A stretch of 64,000 nt of DNA, taken from contig CAZIHL010000001.1 of the NCBI GenBank assembly GCA_964538815.1, positions 1,070 to 65,069 of the forward strand. The letters are read 5' to 3'. Shown here piece by piece: positions 8,975 to 18,673 of this stretch (its first letter is position 1; each line of letters starts with the position of its first letter). The notes beneath the pieces were generated by a model that ran no database searches, was not told the origin of the DNA, and saw only the letters and a program-made list of their open reading frames with translations. Position numbers and translations under genes: made by a program. Source of the stretch: an uncultured Candidatus Saccharibacteria bacterium (GTDB lineage: Bacteria > Patescibacteriota > Minisyncoccia > Phycocordibacterales > UBA5272).

Positions 8975-11008
8975 ATGAAAAATAATATTATTCTCCCAGA
9001 TTGGAAGGAGATTTCTAAAATTTTAAAATTTAAAGAAAAAGATTTTAATAATCTCTTAAATAGTTTTGTGGAAAATAAAAAAGTTATTTATACAGAAATA
9101 AAATCTATTAAAAAAGAAGACAGAAATTTTGAGAATACTATTTTAGCTCTTGAGAATTCTGGTAAAGATTTTACTGATACTTTTTATCAGATAGGAGTTT
9201 ATGCTATTACGCATAAAGATAAAGCATTTAGAGATTTGGCAAGCAATTTTCAAAAAGAATTATCAGAAATAATGACAGATCTTGAGTATGATAAAGATCT
9301 TTATGTTTCTTTTATAGAATATTATGAAGAAAATTATAAAAAAGAAAAAAAGAATTTAGATAAAATTTACGGAGAAGGAAGTGCAAAGCTTGTAGAAGAT
9401 GAATATAAATCTTTTAAAAGAATGGGTTTTAATTTAAAAGAAGTAAAACAAAAAAGATTAAAAGAAATAATTAAGGAAATTTCTAAATTATCTATAGAGT
9501 TTTCTAAAAATATTGATGAATATAAGGATTTTATTTTATGTACCGAAGAAGAAATAAAAGGCCTTCCTAAAAATTTTGTAGAGACTTTAGAAAAAGTAGA
9601 TGGGAAATATAAAATAACTTTAGACTACCCAATCATTATACCGTTTTTGCAATATGCAGACAATAGAGTAAAAAGAAAAGAAATCGCTGATAAAAATTAT
9701 AAAAAGGGTGGTGAAGAGAACTTAAAAATCCTTTCAAAAATTGTAAATCTTCGTAATGAAAAAGCCAAATTATTAGGATTTAAAAATTTTGTTGATTTCC
9801 AGACAGAAGACAGAATGGCAAAATCTGAAAAAGGGTCGAGAGATTTTGTAGAGACTTTAATTAAAAAATTAATTCCAAAATCCAAAAAAGATTTAGATAC
9901 TTTAAATAAATTTGCCAAAGAAAATTTAGACCAATATAAAAATTTAAAAGAAATAGAATATTATGATATTTCTTATGTCGCCAATAAATTAAAAGAAAAT
10001 AAATATTCTTATGATAGCAGTAAGCTTAAAGAATACTTTAAGCTAGAAAATACTTTAAAAACAATGTTTTCTATTTTTGGAGAATTATTTAATTTTACTG
10101 TTAGCGAAGTAAAAGATGTTGAAGCAAGAAAAATCGTAGCGGATAAAGAGGTAAGAATTTATGAATTTAAAGATAAAAAAAGTAAAGAAATTATTTCTTA
10201 TCTTATTTTAGATCTATTTCCAAGAGAAGGAAAATATGGGCATGCTTGTTCTGCTGAATTTATAAACAGCGGCTATTTTGAAGAGAAGAGAATAATTCCA
10301 ATAAACGAGCTTATTTGTAATTTTGGGAAACCATCTAAAAAGCTTCCTTCACTTTTAACTCTTGGAGAAGTAGATACTCTTTTCCACGAGCTCGGTCATG
10401 GATTACATTTTATGTTTACTAAAGCAAAACATGGAACTCAAGCTGGTTATAATGTTGTCTGGGATTTTGTAGAAACTCCGAGCCAGATGTTAGAGAACTT
10501 TTTATTTGAAGAAAATAATTTAAAAAAGTTAGCGATACATTATAAGACTGGTAAATCACTAGATAAAGAAACAATTAAAAAAATAATTGAAGGGAAAAAT
10601 TTCTTGAATGGATATAATTATTTGAGACAGAATATTTCATCTTTGTTTGATTTAGATTTACATTCAAACAAGATAAAATCTAAAGATAGTGCAAAATATT
10701 TTATTTCACTATTAAAAAAGTATCAAAATATAAATTTACCAAAAGATGCTATTTTCCCGGCTGGATTTGGACATTTAATAGGATATTCTGCTGGGTACTA
10801 TTCGTATATGTGGGCACTTGTTTACGCTGATGATTTTTATTCTGTATTTAAGGCGGCAGGAAATGATAAAAAGAAATTAAAAGAAATTAGCGAGAGATAT
10901 AGAAAAGAAATATTAGAAGTTGGAGGAAGTAGAGATGAAATGATTTCTGCTACAAAATTCTTAAAAAGAAAGCCAAAAAATAAAGCATTTTTAGAGAATT
11001 TAAAATAA
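8975..11008 (+). CDS. M3-family zinc oligoendopeptidase (PepF or thimet oligopeptidase-like).
   Basis: HExxH zinc motif in context FHELGHGLHF, with length and layout typical of the M3 family. Confidence 0.65.
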   Translation: MKNNIILPDWKEISKILKFKEKDFNNLLNSFVENKKVIYTEIKSIKKEDRNFENTILALENSGKDFTDTFYQIGVYAITHKDKAFRDLASNFQKELSEIMTDLEYDKDLYVSFIEYYEENYKKEKKNLDKIYGEGSAKLVEDEYKSFKRMGFNLKEVKQKRLKEIIKEISKLSIEFSKNIDEYKDFILCTEEEIKGLPKNFVETLEKVDGKYKITLDYPIIIPFLQYADNRVKRKEIADKNYKKGGEENLKILSKIVNLRNEKAKLLGFKNFVDFQTEDRMAKSEKGSRDFVETLIKKLIPKSKKDLDTLNKFAKENLDQYKNLKEIEYYDISYVANKLKENKYSYDSSKLKEYFKLENTLKTMFSIFGELFNFTVSEVKDVEARKIVADKEVRIYEFKDKKSKEIISYLILDLFPREGKYGHACSAEFINSGYFEEKRIIPINELICNFGKPSKKLPSLLTLGEVDTLFHELGHGLHFMFTKAKHGTQAGYNVVWDFVETPSQMLENFLFEENNLKKLAIHYKTGKSLDKETIKKIIEGKNFLNGYNYLRQNISSLFDLDLHSNKIKSKDSAKYFISLLKKYQNINLPKDAIFPAGFGHLIGYSAGYYSYMWALVYADDFYSVFKAAGNDKKKLKEISERYRKEILEVGGSRDEMISATKFLKRKPKNKAFLENLK

Positions 11009-11188
11009 AGAAATAGTAAAAGATATTTATTATTTAATGACGCTTTGAAAAAAAATATTGCTATATTAATATAAAATAAAATACCACGTATTGCGAATAA
11101 AGATGTTCTAGATATAGGACGTTTTTATTTACATTAATCTGTTTTTATGCTATTATATTTCAACTTAAAAATTATCTAAAATAAAAAT

Positions 11189-12994
11189 ATGAATCAAGAA
11201 TATAAAGAAATTAGAAATATAGCAATAATAGCCCATGTAGATCACGGAAAGACAACTTTAACAGACGCTTTAATGAAAGAGTGTGGAGTACTTGAAGATG
11301 GAGTATCAATGGACTCAAATGATCTAGAAAGAGAAAGAGGTATTACAATTTATGCAAAAAATACATCTGTTATTTACAAAGGGACAAAAATAAATATTCT
11401 TGATACCCCAGGACATGCGGACTTTGGATCAGAAGTAGAACGTGTGCTTCGTTCAATTGACTGTGTGCTTCTTTTAGTGGACGCACAAGAAGGTCCAATG
11501 CCACAAACAAGATTTGTACTTAAAAAGAGTTTAGAGCTTGGACTTAAACCAATTGTTGTGATTAATAAAATTGATAAGCCAGCAAGTGATGTGCAACGTG
11601 TGCATGATGAGGTCTTTGAATTATTCCTAGAATTAGGTGCAAATGATGAGCAGTTAGACTTTACAACTGTATACGCTATTGGACGTGAAGGAGTAGCTAT
11701 GAAAAGAATTGATGACGAAAAGAAAAATCTTGAGCCACTACTTGAAACAATTTTAGAGAAAGTTCCTAAAACTGGGGGAGATATAGACAATTCTTTTGTG
11801 GCGCAGGTGTTTAACCTGGCTTATGATAATTTTCTTGGAAGAATGGCTGTGGCTCGTGTATACGAGGGACAAGCAAAAGTAAATGAAACTATTTTCGTAA
11901 AAGACCCTTTTACTAGAAATACTATAAGTGGAAAAATTACAAAAATTTATACTTTTATCGGAGTAAATAAAGTTGAAACTGAATCAGCAAACGCGGGAGA
12001 TATTGTAATGATTGCTGGATTTCCAAATATTTTTATTGGAGAAACATTTTTGAAAGACCAAGCAGGTGAAGGTAAACCTGCGATTCATATTGATGAGCCA
12101 ACAATCTCCCTAAACTTCTTAGTAAACGACTCACCGTTTGCAGGAAGAGAAGGAAAATTTGTAACTTCACGCCAAATTAGAGATAGACTTGAAAAAGAAC
12201 TTGAAGTAAATGTTGGATTAAAAGTAGATTTTGATAATACAGATAAATATCTTGTGTATGGTAGAGGGGAAATGCATATCGCGGTGCTTCTTGAAAATAT
12301 GAGAAGAGAAGGATATGAGTTACAAGTATCACAGCCACAAGTAATTTTCCATGAAAAAGAAGATGGTACTAAAGATGAACCATTTGAAGAAGTGGTAGTA
12401 GATGTACCAACAGAATTTTCTGGAGTAGTTATGGAAAAGCTTGGTAGAAGAAAAGGAATGGTACTTGATATGAGCGAAAGAGACGGCATTACTCGTATTA
12501 AAGCAGAAGTTCCAACAAGAGGATTACTAGGATACAGAGGAGAATTTATTATTGATACAAAAGGTCTTGGAATTCTTTCTTCTAGATTTAGAAAGTTTGA
12601 TAGTTTTGTGGGTGCAATACAAAGAAGACTCGTTGGATCTATGACTAGTATGGAAAATGGTAAAGCACTTGGATTCTCACTTTTCAATCTTCAGGATAGA
12701 GGAACACTTTATATCGCTCCTGGAGTAGAAGTATATTCTGGACAAATTATTGGAAACACGAGCAAAGGAGAAGAAATGGTAGTAAATCCAACAAAAGGAA
12801 AGCAGCTTACAAATATGCGTGCTTCTGGAAGTGATGATGCTATTACTCTTGTACCAGCTTGGGAACTTTCAATTGAAAGAGGGCTTGAAATTATGAATGA
12901 AGATGAGTATCTTGAAATTACTCCAAAAAGTGTGAGACTCCGAAAGCAAATCCTTGATGAAGGAATGAGAGCAAAAGTTAATAGAAATAAATAA
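11189..12994 (+). CDS. typA: Translational GTPase TypA/BipA.
   Basis: N-terminus IAIIAHVDHGKTTLTDAL, DTPGHADF, NKIDK motifs, and a TypA-specific C-terminal region. 601 aa. Confidence 0.9.
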   Translation: MNQEYKEIRNIAIIAHVDHGKTTLTDALMKECGVLEDGVSMDSNDLERERGITIYAKNTSVIYKGTKINILDTPGHADFGSEVERVLRSIDCVLLLVDAQEGPMPQTRFVLKKSLELGLKPIVVINKIDKPASDVQRVHDEVFELFLELGANDEQLDFTTVYAIGREGVAMKRIDDEKKNLEPLLETILEKVPKTGGDIDNSFVAQVFNLAYDNFLGRMAVARVYEGQAKVNETIFVKDPFTRNTISGKITKIYTFIGVNKVETESANAGDIVMIAGFPNIFIGETFLKDQAGEGKPAIHIDEPTISLNFLVNDSPFAGREGKFVTSRQIRDRLEKELEVNVGLKVDFDNTDKYLVYGRGEMHIAVLLENMRREGYELQVSQPQVIFHEKEDGTKDEPFEEVVVDVPTEFSGVVMEKLGRRKGMVLDMSERDGITRIKAEVPTRGLLGYRGEFIIDTKGLGILSSRFRKFDSFVGAIQRRLVGSMTSMENGKALGFSLFNLQDRGTLYIAPGVEVYSGQIIGNTSKGEEMVVNPTKGKQLTNMRASGSDDAITLVPAWELSIERGLEIMNEDEYLEITPKSVRLRKQILDEGMRAKVNRNK

Positions 12995-13030
12995 TTAATA
13001 AAAATACTATTCCAAAAGGGTGTTTTTATA

Positions 13031-13039
13031 TGATATAAT
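13031..13039 (+). promoter_or_regulatory. Extended -10 element TGaTATAAT with no ORF downstream before the terminator at 13172.
   Basis: TGATATAAT at 13031-13039. See the finding on a possible small RNA. Confidence 0.35.
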
Positions 13040-13171
13040 TTATTTAGTTATCAATACTGTCCCGAGAGTAATGTGTATCCTAAATACAATCCCGAGCATT
13101 CACTTGTTAGGTCTTTAAAAAGACAAACCAAAAAGGAGTATTGAATAGTATTTTTAAAATTAAATTTAAAG

Positions 13172-13198
13172 CAGTATTAATATTTAATACTGTTTTTT
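13172..13198 (+). terminator. Clean intrinsic terminator (9-bp stem, 3-nt loop, TTTTTT).
   Basis: cagtattaa tat ttaatactg followed by tttttt. Confidence 0.7.
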
Positions 13199-13250
13199 AT
13201 TTTTATATTTTTTTTATGCTACAATATATTTATAAAAAATTTTAAAAATT

Positions 13251-13856
13251 ATGGCGCATGTACGTACAAAAAGAAAACCAAATACTAAAAATATTGGAAG
13301 AATAATACTCTCAGTAATTCTTGTATTTGGGCTTATGGCAGTATTAATTACTTTCAGTAATTTAGTAAAAGGAAAAGATTTAAATTTTAATCTTCCTAAA
13401 ATTGGTGCAGCATCAGCTGGAGCTGAAGAGGCTCCATGGATACTTGATGGACAAGAAGTGCTTTTCTCAGGAAAAGGAGATCAAATTTTTGTACAACTTG
13501 CTAGTACTGAAGTGGAAAGAAATGAGGGTCTTTCAGGAAAAGATAAATTAAAGATGTATAATCAGGATGGAAAAATTGTAACAGAAGGAATGCTTTTTGT
13601 ATTTGATTATTCTCAGATTACAAGTTTTTGGATGAAGGATATGAAGTTTGATTTAGATATGATTTGGATGGATTCTGATTTTAAAATTTTACATATAGAA
13701 AAAAATGCAAAAGCTTCTTCATATAATGCACAAAATCCAAATTCTTCACAATTTTTCACAAGTGGAAATACTCCTGCAAAATATGTACTTGAAATAAATT
13801 CTGGTTTTACCGATAAAATGAATTTGAAAGTGGGAGATATATTGAGAATGCAGTAA
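13251..13856 (+). CDS. DUF192 (COG1430) protein with an N-terminal TM anchor.
   Basis: The MLFVFDYSQITSFWMKDMKFDLDMIWMD block is typical of DUF192. TGcTAcAAT extended -10 at 13216-13224. Confidence 0.55.
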   Translation: MAHVRTKRKPNTKNIGRIILSVILVFGLMAVLITFSNLVKGKDLNFNLPKIGAASAGAEEAPWILDGQEVLFSGKGDQIFVQLASTEVERNEGLSGKDKLKMYNQDGKIVTEGMLFVFDYSQITSFWMKDMKFDLDMIWMDSDFKILHIEKNAKASSYNAQNPNSSQFFTSGNTPAKYVLEINSGFTDKMNLKVGDILRMQ

Positions 13857-13863
13857 TAAATAC

Positions 13864-13897
13864 AAAAAGAGCGAGCCAAAGACTCGCTCTTTTTGTA
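13864..13897 (+). terminator. Intrinsic terminator after the DUF192 gene.
   Basis: aaaagagcgag ccaaaga ctcgctctttt stem-loop plus a T-run. Confidence 0.7.
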
Positions 13898-13956
13898 TTA
13901 AAATAGATTAAATTTTTCTCTTTTAATTCATTTTATGCTATATTTTAATAAAAAAG

Positions 13957-15732
13957 ATGGAAAATATAAGGAATTTTTCGATTATTGCACATATTGATCA
14001 CGGTAAGTCTACACTGTCAGACCGTCTTTTAGAATTTACTCATACAGTTGAAAACAGAAAAATGAAAGATCAAGTTCTCGACTCAATGGAGCTAGAAAGA
14101 GAGAGAGGCATAACAATCAAAATGACTCCTGTACGAATGCAATATAAAAATTATATTTTAAATTTAATTGATACTCCAGGACATATTGATTTTTCTTATG
14201 AAGTTTCTAGAAGCTTGCGCGCTGTAGAAGGAGCGATACTTTTAGTGGACGCAACTCAAGGAGTGCAAGCGCAGACTCTCACAACTCTTGAAATGGCAAA
14301 AGCTTCTGAACTTAAAATTATCCCAGTAATAAATAAAATTGATTCACCAATTGCTGATGTAGATGGAGTTAAAAAACAGATTATGGATTTATTAAAAGTG
14401 AGTGAGGAAGAAATTATTTTAGTTTCTGGTAAAACAGGGCAAGGAGTAGAAATACTTCTAGAAGAGATAATTAAAAAAGTTCCAGCTCCAAAGCTAGAAA
14501 TAGTGCAAAGTAAAAGTTTTAGAGCCTTAATCTTTGACTTTGAATATTCAAATCATGAAGGGGTTATTTTGTATGTACGTGTTTTAAATGGAAATGTAAA
14601 AAGAAATGATGAATTACTTTTTATAAAATCAAAATATAGATTTTTAGTGCGAAGTGTTGGGACTTTTAAACCCGAGAAAAAAGAAGAAAAAGAGTTAAAA
14701 GAGGGAGAGATTGGATATATTGTAACAGGTATCAAGGAGCCAGGTGTAGCGAGAGTAGGAGACACTGTTACTACTTTTGCTCATCCACTTGCACCATTTG
14801 CTGGATATGAAGAACCAACTCCACTTGTATTTGCTTCTATTTATCCAGAGACTCAGGATGAATTTGATGATTTACGTAGCGCGCTTGGAAAATTAAGATT
14901 ATCAGACTCGTCACTCACTTTTGAAGAAGAAGCGAGTGGAGCTCTCGGCAGAGGATTTCGCTGTGGATTTTTGGGTATGCTTCATCTTGAAATTGTTACA
15001 GAAAGGCTTCGTAGAGAATTTGATCAGGAGTTAATCGTGACTCAGCCATCTATTACTTATGAAGTAGAAATGAGAGACCACACTATTGAAAAAGTTTATA
15101 CTCCAATTCATTTTCCAGATCATGGAGCATATTTAGGAGTTAGAGAGCCTTGGATACATTTAACTATTATTGTGCCAAATGATTATCTTTCAAATATGAT
15201 GCAGCTTTTTCAAAAGCATGAAGGAGAAATTGTAGATATGCTTGATTGGGGAGAAGGGAGAGTGAATATTAAGCTTAATATGCCACTACGTGAGCTTATG
15301 AGAAATTTTTTTGATGAACTCAAATCTGCTTCTAGTGGTTACGCTTCTATTTCATATTCCATGGGAGAAATGAAAGACGCAAATGTTACAAGGCTTGATG
15401 TGCTTGTGGCAGAAGAAAGAGTGCCAGCATTCTCTCGTGTAGTTGCAGAATGGCGCGCCAATGAAGAAGCAGAAGAAATAGTGGAAAAGCTTTATAAAAT
15501 TCTTCCAAGAGAATTATTTCGTGTAAAAATTCAAGCTGTAGTAAAGGGGAGGATTATAGCGTCACGTAGTATAGCTGCTATGAAAAAAGATGTGACAGGA
15601 TATTTATATGGAGGAGATATTACAAGAAAAATGAAGCTCCGCGAGAAACAAAAAAGAGGAAAGAAGAGAATGCAAGCAGAAGGAAAGGTGAGAATTGAAC
15701 ATGATACGTTCTTGGAACTTATGAAAAAATAA
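13957..15732 (+). CDS. lepA: Elongation factor 4 (LepA).
   Basis: NFSIIAHIDHGKSTLSDRLL, DTPGHIDF, and the LepA C-terminal domain (YGGDITRKMKL...). 591 aa. Confidence 0.9.
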   Translation: MENIRNFSIIAHIDHGKSTLSDRLLEFTHTVENRKMKDQVLDSMELERERGITIKMTPVRMQYKNYILNLIDTPGHIDFSYEVSRSLRAVEGAILLVDATQGVQAQTLTTLEMAKASELKIIPVINKIDSPIADVDGVKKQIMDLLKVSEEEIILVSGKTGQGVEILLEEIIKKVPAPKLEIVQSKSFRALIFDFEYSNHEGVILYVRVLNGNVKRNDELLFIKSKYRFLVRSVGTFKPEKKEEKELKEGEIGYIVTGIKEPGVARVGDTVTTFAHPLAPFAGYEEPTPLVFASIYPETQDEFDDLRSALGKLRLSDSSLTFEEEASGALGRGFRCGFLGMLHLEIVTERLRREFDQELIVTQPSITYEVEMRDHTIEKVYTPIHFPDHGAYLGVREPWIHLTIIVPNDYLSNMMQLFQKHEGEIVDMLDWGEGRVNIKLNMPLRELMRNFFDELKSASSGYASISYSMGEMKDANVTRLDVLVAEERVPAFSRVVAEWRANEEAEEIVEKLYKILPRELFRVKIQAVVKGRIIASRSIAAMKKDVTGYLYGGDITRKMKLREKQKRGKKRMQAEGKVRIEHDTFLELMKK

Positions 15733-15736
15733 AAAT

Positions 15737-15793
15737 AAAATACCTAATATTTTATAAATATTATTTAATAATATGAAATATTAGGTATTTTAT
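15737..15793 (+). terminator. Long AT-rich hairpin with a perfect 16-bp inverted repeat, 23-nt spacer, directly after the lepA stop.
   Basis: aaaatacctaatattt at 15737-15752 pairs with aaatattaggtatttt at 15776-15791, followed by a T-rich stretch. Confidence 0.5.
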
Positions 15794-15975
15794 TATGCAT
15801 TTAATAATGGAATTAAAAGAAATGCTATCATAGCTATAGCTATTAATACGGCGATTATTTTATATATAAATTCTATTTTCTTTCTTTGGCTACTTTTAAA
15901 CATATTTTTATTGTAAGTATTATAACATTTTTTTATAAAAATAAACATATATTTTTATATGTTATTATTTTATAT

Positions 15976-16362
15976 ATGAGAAAATATAAAGAGAGATTTC
16001 TATGGAGAAAAATTTTTTATAGCAATTTTACTATAATTATAATTTGCTTTTTGATTTTTTTTATGTCGAAAAGTATTTATAATCTATGGATTAAATACAA
16101 ATTGACAAAATCTGATTATGAATTTGTTAGCCAACAAAAAAATGAAGCAGAAAATAAATTAAAATTAAATGAAATAAAATTAAATAATATAAACAGCGAT
16201 GAAGGTAAAGAAAAATATATAAGAGAGACATATTCTGTAAAAAAAGAAGGCGAAGATGTGGTGGTAATATACAATAGCCCAGAAACTACATATAATATAC
16301 CAAAAGGTGAGTCAAATTGGGAGGCTTTTAAAAAGTATATTAAAAAATTATTTGGATTTTAA
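15976..16362 (+). CDS. FtsB/DivIC-like septum formation initiator (TM, coiled coil, conserved C-terminal box). Start moved to the first ATG.
   Basis: TM FTIIIICFLIFFMS, K/E-rich coiled coil, and KEKYIRETYSVKKEGEDVVVIY resembling the FtsB C-terminal box. Confidence 0.45.
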   Translation: MRKYKERFLWRKIFYSNFTIIIICFLIFFMSKSIYNLWIKYKLTKSDYEFVSQQKNEAENKLKLNEIKLNNINSDEGKEKYIRETYSVKKEGEDVVVIYNSPETTYNIPKGESNWEAFKKYIKKLFGF

Positions 16363-16396
16363 AAAATATGATATAATTTATATATTATATAAAAAT

Positions 16397-16648
16397 ATGA
16401 ATGATAAAAATAAAAAAATTGAAATATTTTCTACACAGACATGTCATTTTTGTAATTTAGCAAAAGAATGGTTAAAAGAAAAAGGGCTTGATTATCAAGA
16501 ATATGATGTGGGAATTAATATTGAAAAGAGAAAAGAGATGGTAGAAATGACAGGACAATTAGGGGTGCCGGTTATAAAAATAGGAGAAGATATTATAATT
16601 GGGTTTAATCCAAATAAAATAGAAGAAATATTGTCATTATCTGTGTAA
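16397..16648 (+). CDS. Glutaredoxin/NrdH-like thioredoxin-fold protein. Start moved to the ATG at 16397, which avoids a 56-nt overlap with the upstream gene.
   Basis: KIEIFSTQTCHFC contains a CxxC motif, with GVPVIKIG downstream, typical of glutaredoxin. Confidence 0.6.
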   Translation: MNDKNKKIEIFSTQTCHFCNLAKEWLKEKGLDYQEYDVGINIEKRKEMVEMTGQLGVPVIKIGEDIIIGFNPNKIEEILSLSV

Positions 16649-16724
16649 AAATAATAAAATAGACCATAAAAATCATGGTCTATTTTGTTTAAACATAATT
16701 TTGTGTTAATATATATAAATAATT

Positions 16725-16797
16725 GCCGGGATAGCTCAGTTGGTAGAGCGCTTCCCTGAAGAGGAATAGGTCGCCAGTTCGAGCCTGGCTCCCGGCA
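16725..16797 (+). tRNA. tRNA-Phe (anticodon GAA).
   Basis: Cloverleaf: acceptor GCCGGGA/TCCCGGC, D-arm GCTCAGTTGGTAGAGC, anticodon loop CTGAAGA, T-arm GGTCGCCAGTTCGAGCCTGGC. No encoded CCA. Confidence 0.85.
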
Positions 16798-16886
16798 CAT
16801 TTTTAATAAAAATACTTTTTGACTTTTATTTCTGCTTTTGTTAGACTCTTTTTTGGTATCACATTTTAAAATTTAAATTCTATAAA

Positions 16887-17312
16887 ATGAATAAAAATCA
16901 ATATATTGATAATGCTCATTATTTAACCAAACTAGATGTCTTTGATAGATATATGTCTGTCTTTCATAAAAATGAAGGACATGTTTTACTTTTACAACTA
17001 AAACAACATATTAACTCTATAATATCAAAATTAAGTATAAATACTGATAATTTTGATATTATAGAAACACCAACTGGCGTTTTTTTGTTTAAAAAAGTAG
17101 TAAAAATATCAGAAGATTTATTATATATGGAAGATTCTAGCTATATAAGTGAAGCTTATATCTTTTCACTTAAAAAAGAATCTTTTATAGAGACATCAGT
17201 AAAAAATGATTTTGTTTTTAATTCTGGTTGGAATAAATCATTAGAATTTTCCTATTCTAAAAATATAAATAAGAAAGTAAAAATAGATCCTGTAACTCAT
17301 ACTGAAATTTAA
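16887..17312 (+). CDS. Hypothetical protein.
   Basis: ORF only; no recognisable motif. Confidence 0.35.
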   Translation: MNKNQYIDNAHYLTKLDVFDRYMSVFHKNEGHVLLLQLKQHINSIISKLSINTDNFDIIETPTGVFLFKKVVKISEDLLYMEDSSYISEAYIFSLKKESFIETSVKNDFVFNSGWNKSLEFSYSKNINKKVKIDPVTHTEI

Positions 17313-17315
17313 ATT

Positions 17316-17340
17316 AAATCCCGCTAAGCGCGGGATTTTT
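17316..17340. terminator. Bidirectional intrinsic terminator between convergent genes.
   Basis: aaatcccgc taagc gcgggattt, with an A-run on one side and a T-run on the other. Confidence 0.65.
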
Positions 17341-17631
17341 CTATTTAATATTATTTATAGTATTTTTTATTTGATCAAAGAAGCTTGTAGAAGTTCCATT
17401 GCTAAATGAGTCTAATCCGCTTTTAATAGTCTTATAATCAGTCATAACACCACTAATAGCTGGCTGTAGGAAATAATAAGCACCGAGAGCTGCTCCTATT
17501 AATATGATCCAATAAATAGTTCTAAATATATTTTGAATCTTTTGACTTCTGCGCATTCTTTTCAATATTTCATTGTTTTCCTCAGTAAGCTCTAGAATTC
17601 TATTCAGCTTGTCATTATTTTGATTTTCCAT
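17341..17631 (-). CDS. Small hypothetical protein with one TM helix.
   Basis: IYWIILIGAALGAYYFLQPAISGV is hydrophobic. The gene ends at the bidirectional terminator. Confidence 0.4.
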   Translation of the reverse strand: MENQNNDKLNRILELTEENNEILKRMRRSQKIQNIFRTIYWIILIGAALGAYYFLQPAISGVMTDYKTIKSGLDSFSNGTSTSFFDQIKNTINNIK

Positions 17632-17674
17632 ACATATAATTTTAGCATAAAATATGATATATTTTTTAACAATA

Positions 17675-17746
17675 GCTCTCGTAGTTAAATGGATATAACT
17701 CCTCCGTCCTAAGGAGGGTTTGTGGGTTCGATTCCTGCCGAGAGCA
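17675..17746 (+). tRNA. tRNA-Arg (anticodon CCU).
   Basis: Acceptor GCTCTCG/CGAGAGC, anticodon stem CCTCC/GGAGG with loop GTCCTAA, T-loop GGTTCGATTCC. Confidence 0.8.
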
Positions 17747-17816
17747 CATATATATTTTTTTAAGAATTTATGGTAAGATTAGTCTATTCTTTTCTTTCAA
17801 ATATAAAAAATAAAAA

Positions 17817-18020
17817 ATGAGTAATTTAATGTTTTTAAATTTTAATGATTTTTTAATGAATCTCTCTTTTAGAGATAAAATTCAAAGTCATTATGATGTC
17901 AATAAAAAATATAGAATATTATTTATAGATACAATAAATTCAAAAATTTTGTTGTCTATAAATAATAACCTATTATGGTTTACTGAGATAGATTTTATTT
18001 TTGGTAGACTTTGTAGATAA
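17817..18020 (+). CDS. Small hypothetical ORF of 67 aa; may not be a real gene.
   Basis: ORF only. Confidence 0.2.
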   Translation: MSNLMFLNFNDFLMNLSFRDKIQSHYDVNKKYRILFIDTINSKILLSINNNLLWFTEIDFIFGRLCR

Positions 18021-18030
18021 GAAAATAATT

Positions 18031-18056
18031 ATAATCCCACAAATTTGTGGGATTAT
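18031..18056. terminator. Palindromic hairpin (11-bp stem) that serves as terminator for the Hsp20 gene on the minus strand.
   Basis: ataatcccaca aatt tgtgggattat, with A/T runs on both sides. Confidence 0.6.
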
Positions 18057-18059
18057 TTA

Positions 18060-18560
18060 TTAAATACTTTTTACCTTCACTTTAGCTTGTCTTGCTTTAT
18101 CAATCTTTGGAAGTCTTATAATTAGAAGTCCATGTTTTTCTACCGCTTCTACACTTTCAATTTCTATTTCGTGTGGAAGTAAGATACTTCTTGAAAATGC
18201 ACCCCAGTAAAGCTCTCTATAAAAGTAATCATCTTCAGAAATTTGAGTGTTTCCATCTCTTCTTCCTTTGATTGTTACCATATCACGAGTAATTGAGATT
18301 TGAAGATCTTCTGGTTTTACTCCTGCAAGCATAGCTTCAATTATAATTTCATTCGGAGTCTGATAAACGTCTACTGACAATTCTCCATCTTCTTCATCAT
18401 ATTCATTTTGTTCATTTTTATGATTTTCTTTTAAATTTTTAGATTGTTTTTTTTCTTCAAATTCAGTATCTTCTTCATCTTCATACTCTTCTTGGTCAGT
18501 ATCTTCTACCATTACTGATCCAGCAAGTCTTTCGAAAAATGATCTTTTATCTTTTGACAT
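18060..18560 (-). CDS. Hsp20/alpha-crystallin family small heat-shock protein with an acidic N-terminal extension.
   Basis: ACD-like core DVYQT...IIEAMLAGVKPEDLQISI...LTIKGRR, then a C-terminal GLLIIRLPK motif. Confidence 0.7.
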   Translation of the reverse strand: MSKDKRSFFERLAGSVMVEDTDQEEYEDEEDTEFEEKKQSKNLKENHKNEQNEYDEEDGELSVDVYQTPNEIIIEAMLAGVKPEDLQISITRDMVTIKGRRDGNTQISEDDYFYRELYWGAFSRSILLPHEIEIESVEAVEKHGLLIIRLPKIDKARQAKVKVKSI

Positions 18561-18673
18561 ATTTTTTCTATTTTTTTAAACTTAAAAAGTAAAACATTTT
18601 TAATGTTAATAATATTATACAATATTATTTTTATTTTGAGGGTAAAATAATTAATAGTTATCCACAATCGGTA

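Noticed and set aside
18658-18666. Perfect DnaA-box 9-mers TTATCCACA at 18658-18666 and 21732-21740, and the reverse complement at 50639-50647. The box at 21732 lies inside a stretch of about 250 bp that is roughly 95 percent A/T. This could be an oriC.
   Set aside because: Three boxes in 64 kb is only marginally above what this base composition predicts (I estimate about one). They are not clustered. There is no dnaA, dnaN or other origin-linked gene nearby. The AT-rich island is recorded in the SET/K-rich finding instead.
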